From Sedimentisphaerales bacterium (GTDB lineage: Bacteria > Planctomycetota > Phycisphaerae > Sedimentisphaerales > SM23-30): 64,000 bases of DNA. A program made the position numbers and the translations under genes. The notes below the pieces were generated by a model. That model was not told where the DNA came from, searched no databases, and saw only the letters and a program-made list of their open reading frames with translations. Positions 62,743 to 64,000 of this stretch are shown here, one piece after another; position 1 is the stretch's first letter; each line of letters begins with the position of its first letter. Location of the stretch: the NCBI GenBank assembly GCA_963663965.2, contig CAXXFK010000029.1:96001-160000 (forward strand). The letters run 5' to 3'.

Positions 62743-63819
62743 ATGGATAAGAATAGAAGTAATGTAAGGTTTGGATTTATCGTGGTTTATGTTGCTGTGC
62801 TGGCCGGGCTGGGCTGGGGGCAGTATAGCGGGGGAATGGGGACGGAGGGAGATCCTTTCCGGATCGGGACGGTGGCGGACTGGATTGCGCTGGGTGAGAA
62901 TACGGGGGATTATGATAAACATTTTATATTGACGGCTCATCTGGATTTTGGGGGGGCGGAGATTGGGCCGGTGGGGCGGTATTTCAGTGAGCCGGCGATG
63001 CCGTTTACGGGGGCGCTGGATGGGGATGGTTATGTGCTGAAGAATTTTAAGATGTCGAATCAGAATTTGGCTGAGCCGGAAACGCATCTGGGATTGTTTG
63101 CTTATCTGGATGGGGCGGTGATTCAGAACCTGGGGCTGGTCGATTTTGAGATAGTGGTGAACCCGGCGGCGCGGAATGTGCTGGTGGGGGGGCTGGCGGC
63201 GACGATTGGAGAGTATCCGTATCAGACCCATGGCGGGCTGATCGAGAACTGTTACGCGGCCGGTACGATTGTTACTGGGTATACGTATGGGACGCTGGGG
63301 GGGCTGGTCGGTATCAATAATGGCGGGGAAATCAAGCGTTGTTATTCCGATTGCGATATCTGGATGCCGGAGGGTGCGACTGCCAGTGCGGGGGCATTGG
63401 CGGGCAGTGTCTATGGAGACGGGCTGCTGGTGCGCGAATCGTTCTGGAACCGGGATAAGTTTGAGACGGGGATAAAGAATGTTATTGGTTTGCACGCGGG
63501 AAAGGATATTGCCGGATTGTCGTCCGAACTGATGCAAGAGCGCGGGCCTTTTGCGGCCAAGGGCTGGGATTTTGTGGGTGAGGCGGCCAACGGGATTAGA
63601 GGGATCTGGCATATGCCCTGGGGTGGCGGCGGGGCGCCGATGTTATGGAATCAGAAGGATATCCCGGGCGATGTGGCGGGGGCGTATGGGGTAGATTTGA
63701 TTGACTACGGGTACCTGGCGTTGAACTGGCTGGGTGATGATGGGGGGTATGGCGGCGATGGCATTGTCGATCTAGATGAACTGGCGCTGACGGCGGAGAA
63801 CTGGCTGGCGCCAAGGTAG
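62743..63819 (+). CDS. Secreted single-module GLUG protein, paralog of the upstream large protein
   Basis: Signal peptide, GQYSGG.GTEGDP, GLFA..DGAVIQNLGLVDF, GWDF.GE..NG...IWHMPWG..G.PMLWNQKDIPGDVAG.YGVDL shared with 56485-62658. Confidence 0.9.
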   Translation: MDKNRSNVRFGFIVVYVAVLAGLGWGQYSGGMGTEGDPFRIGTVADWIALGENTGDYDKHFILTAHLDFGGAEIGPVGRYFSEPAMPFTGALDGDGYVLKNFKMSNQNLAEPETHLGLFAYLDGAVIQNLGLVDFEIVVNPAARNVLVGGLAATIGEYPYQTHGGLIENCYAAGTIVTGYTYGTLGGLVGINNGGEIKRCYSDCDIWMPEGATASAGALAGSVYGDGLLVRESFWNRDKFETGIKNVIGLHAGKDIAGLSSELMQERGPFAAKGWDFVGEAANGIRGIWHMPWGGGGAPMLWNQKDIPGDVAGAYGVDLIDYGYLALNWLGDDGGYGGDGIVDLDELALTAENWLAPR

Positions 63820-64000
63820 GTATCGCCGCGCCCATGTTTATTCTTATAGGGTCAAGTGTTTTTTGAAACGAAAAGAGCCGGCCCATGATGGCTCAGGGCC
63901 GCAGTCAGGCTGGTTTCAAGGATTCTTCGGTATAACTACGGAACTGGGGCGCGGCTGCGGGGTCGCGGGAGTCCGGGGCAGAGATGATCATGGGGCCGTG

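Noticed and set aside
62698..63612. 304-aa minus-strand ORF
   Set aside because: Pro/Arg/His-rich antisense shadow of the G-skewed GLUG gene; the same applies to the many other short ORFs nested in assigned genes
56485..63819. Diversity-generating retroelement TR/VR pair
   Set aside because: No reverse transcriptase in the window; differences between copies are not adenine-restricted and both copies are coding

Overview
Bacterial chromosomal window. By inference from protein styles and gene content it is probably from Planctomycetota, class Phycisphaerae (Sedimentisphaerales-like). In order it contains: an outer-membrane/lipid A operon (bamA 3' end, skp, lpxD, lpxC-fabZ fusion, two tandem lpxA paralogs, a GnnA-like dehydrogenase, pdxJ); dapA; a chimeric FKBP_N/cyclophilin PPIase; a minus-strand chemotaxis operon (cheA-cheR-cheY-cheB-cheX) whose CheA has several Hpt domains and a MshEN c-di-GMP motif; lexA overlapped by an upstream same-strand ORF; an MCE/Mla-type ABC operon with a frameshifted permease; two orphan histidine kinases flanking a transglutaminase-like protein; an intact IS4-family element (TIRs, 9-bp TSD); tRNA-Leu(CAG), argS, rsfS and metY; an HD-GYP-like protein; wza/wzc/wecA-like EPS genes; a Tat aldo-keto reductase; a small basic protein behind a perfect sigma70 promoter; moxR-DUF58; a GNAT; a candidate sRNA with an anti-Shine-Dalgarno loop; ndk and ligA; an ECF sigma/large anti-sigma pair; an EB_dh-like lipoprotein with a hybrid kinase; and a repeat-rich, G-skewed locus with two paralogous secreted GLUG-repeat proteins. 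No CRISPR array, rRNA, prophage or reverse transcriptase was seen. All family assignments come from motif recognition by eye, not from database searches.
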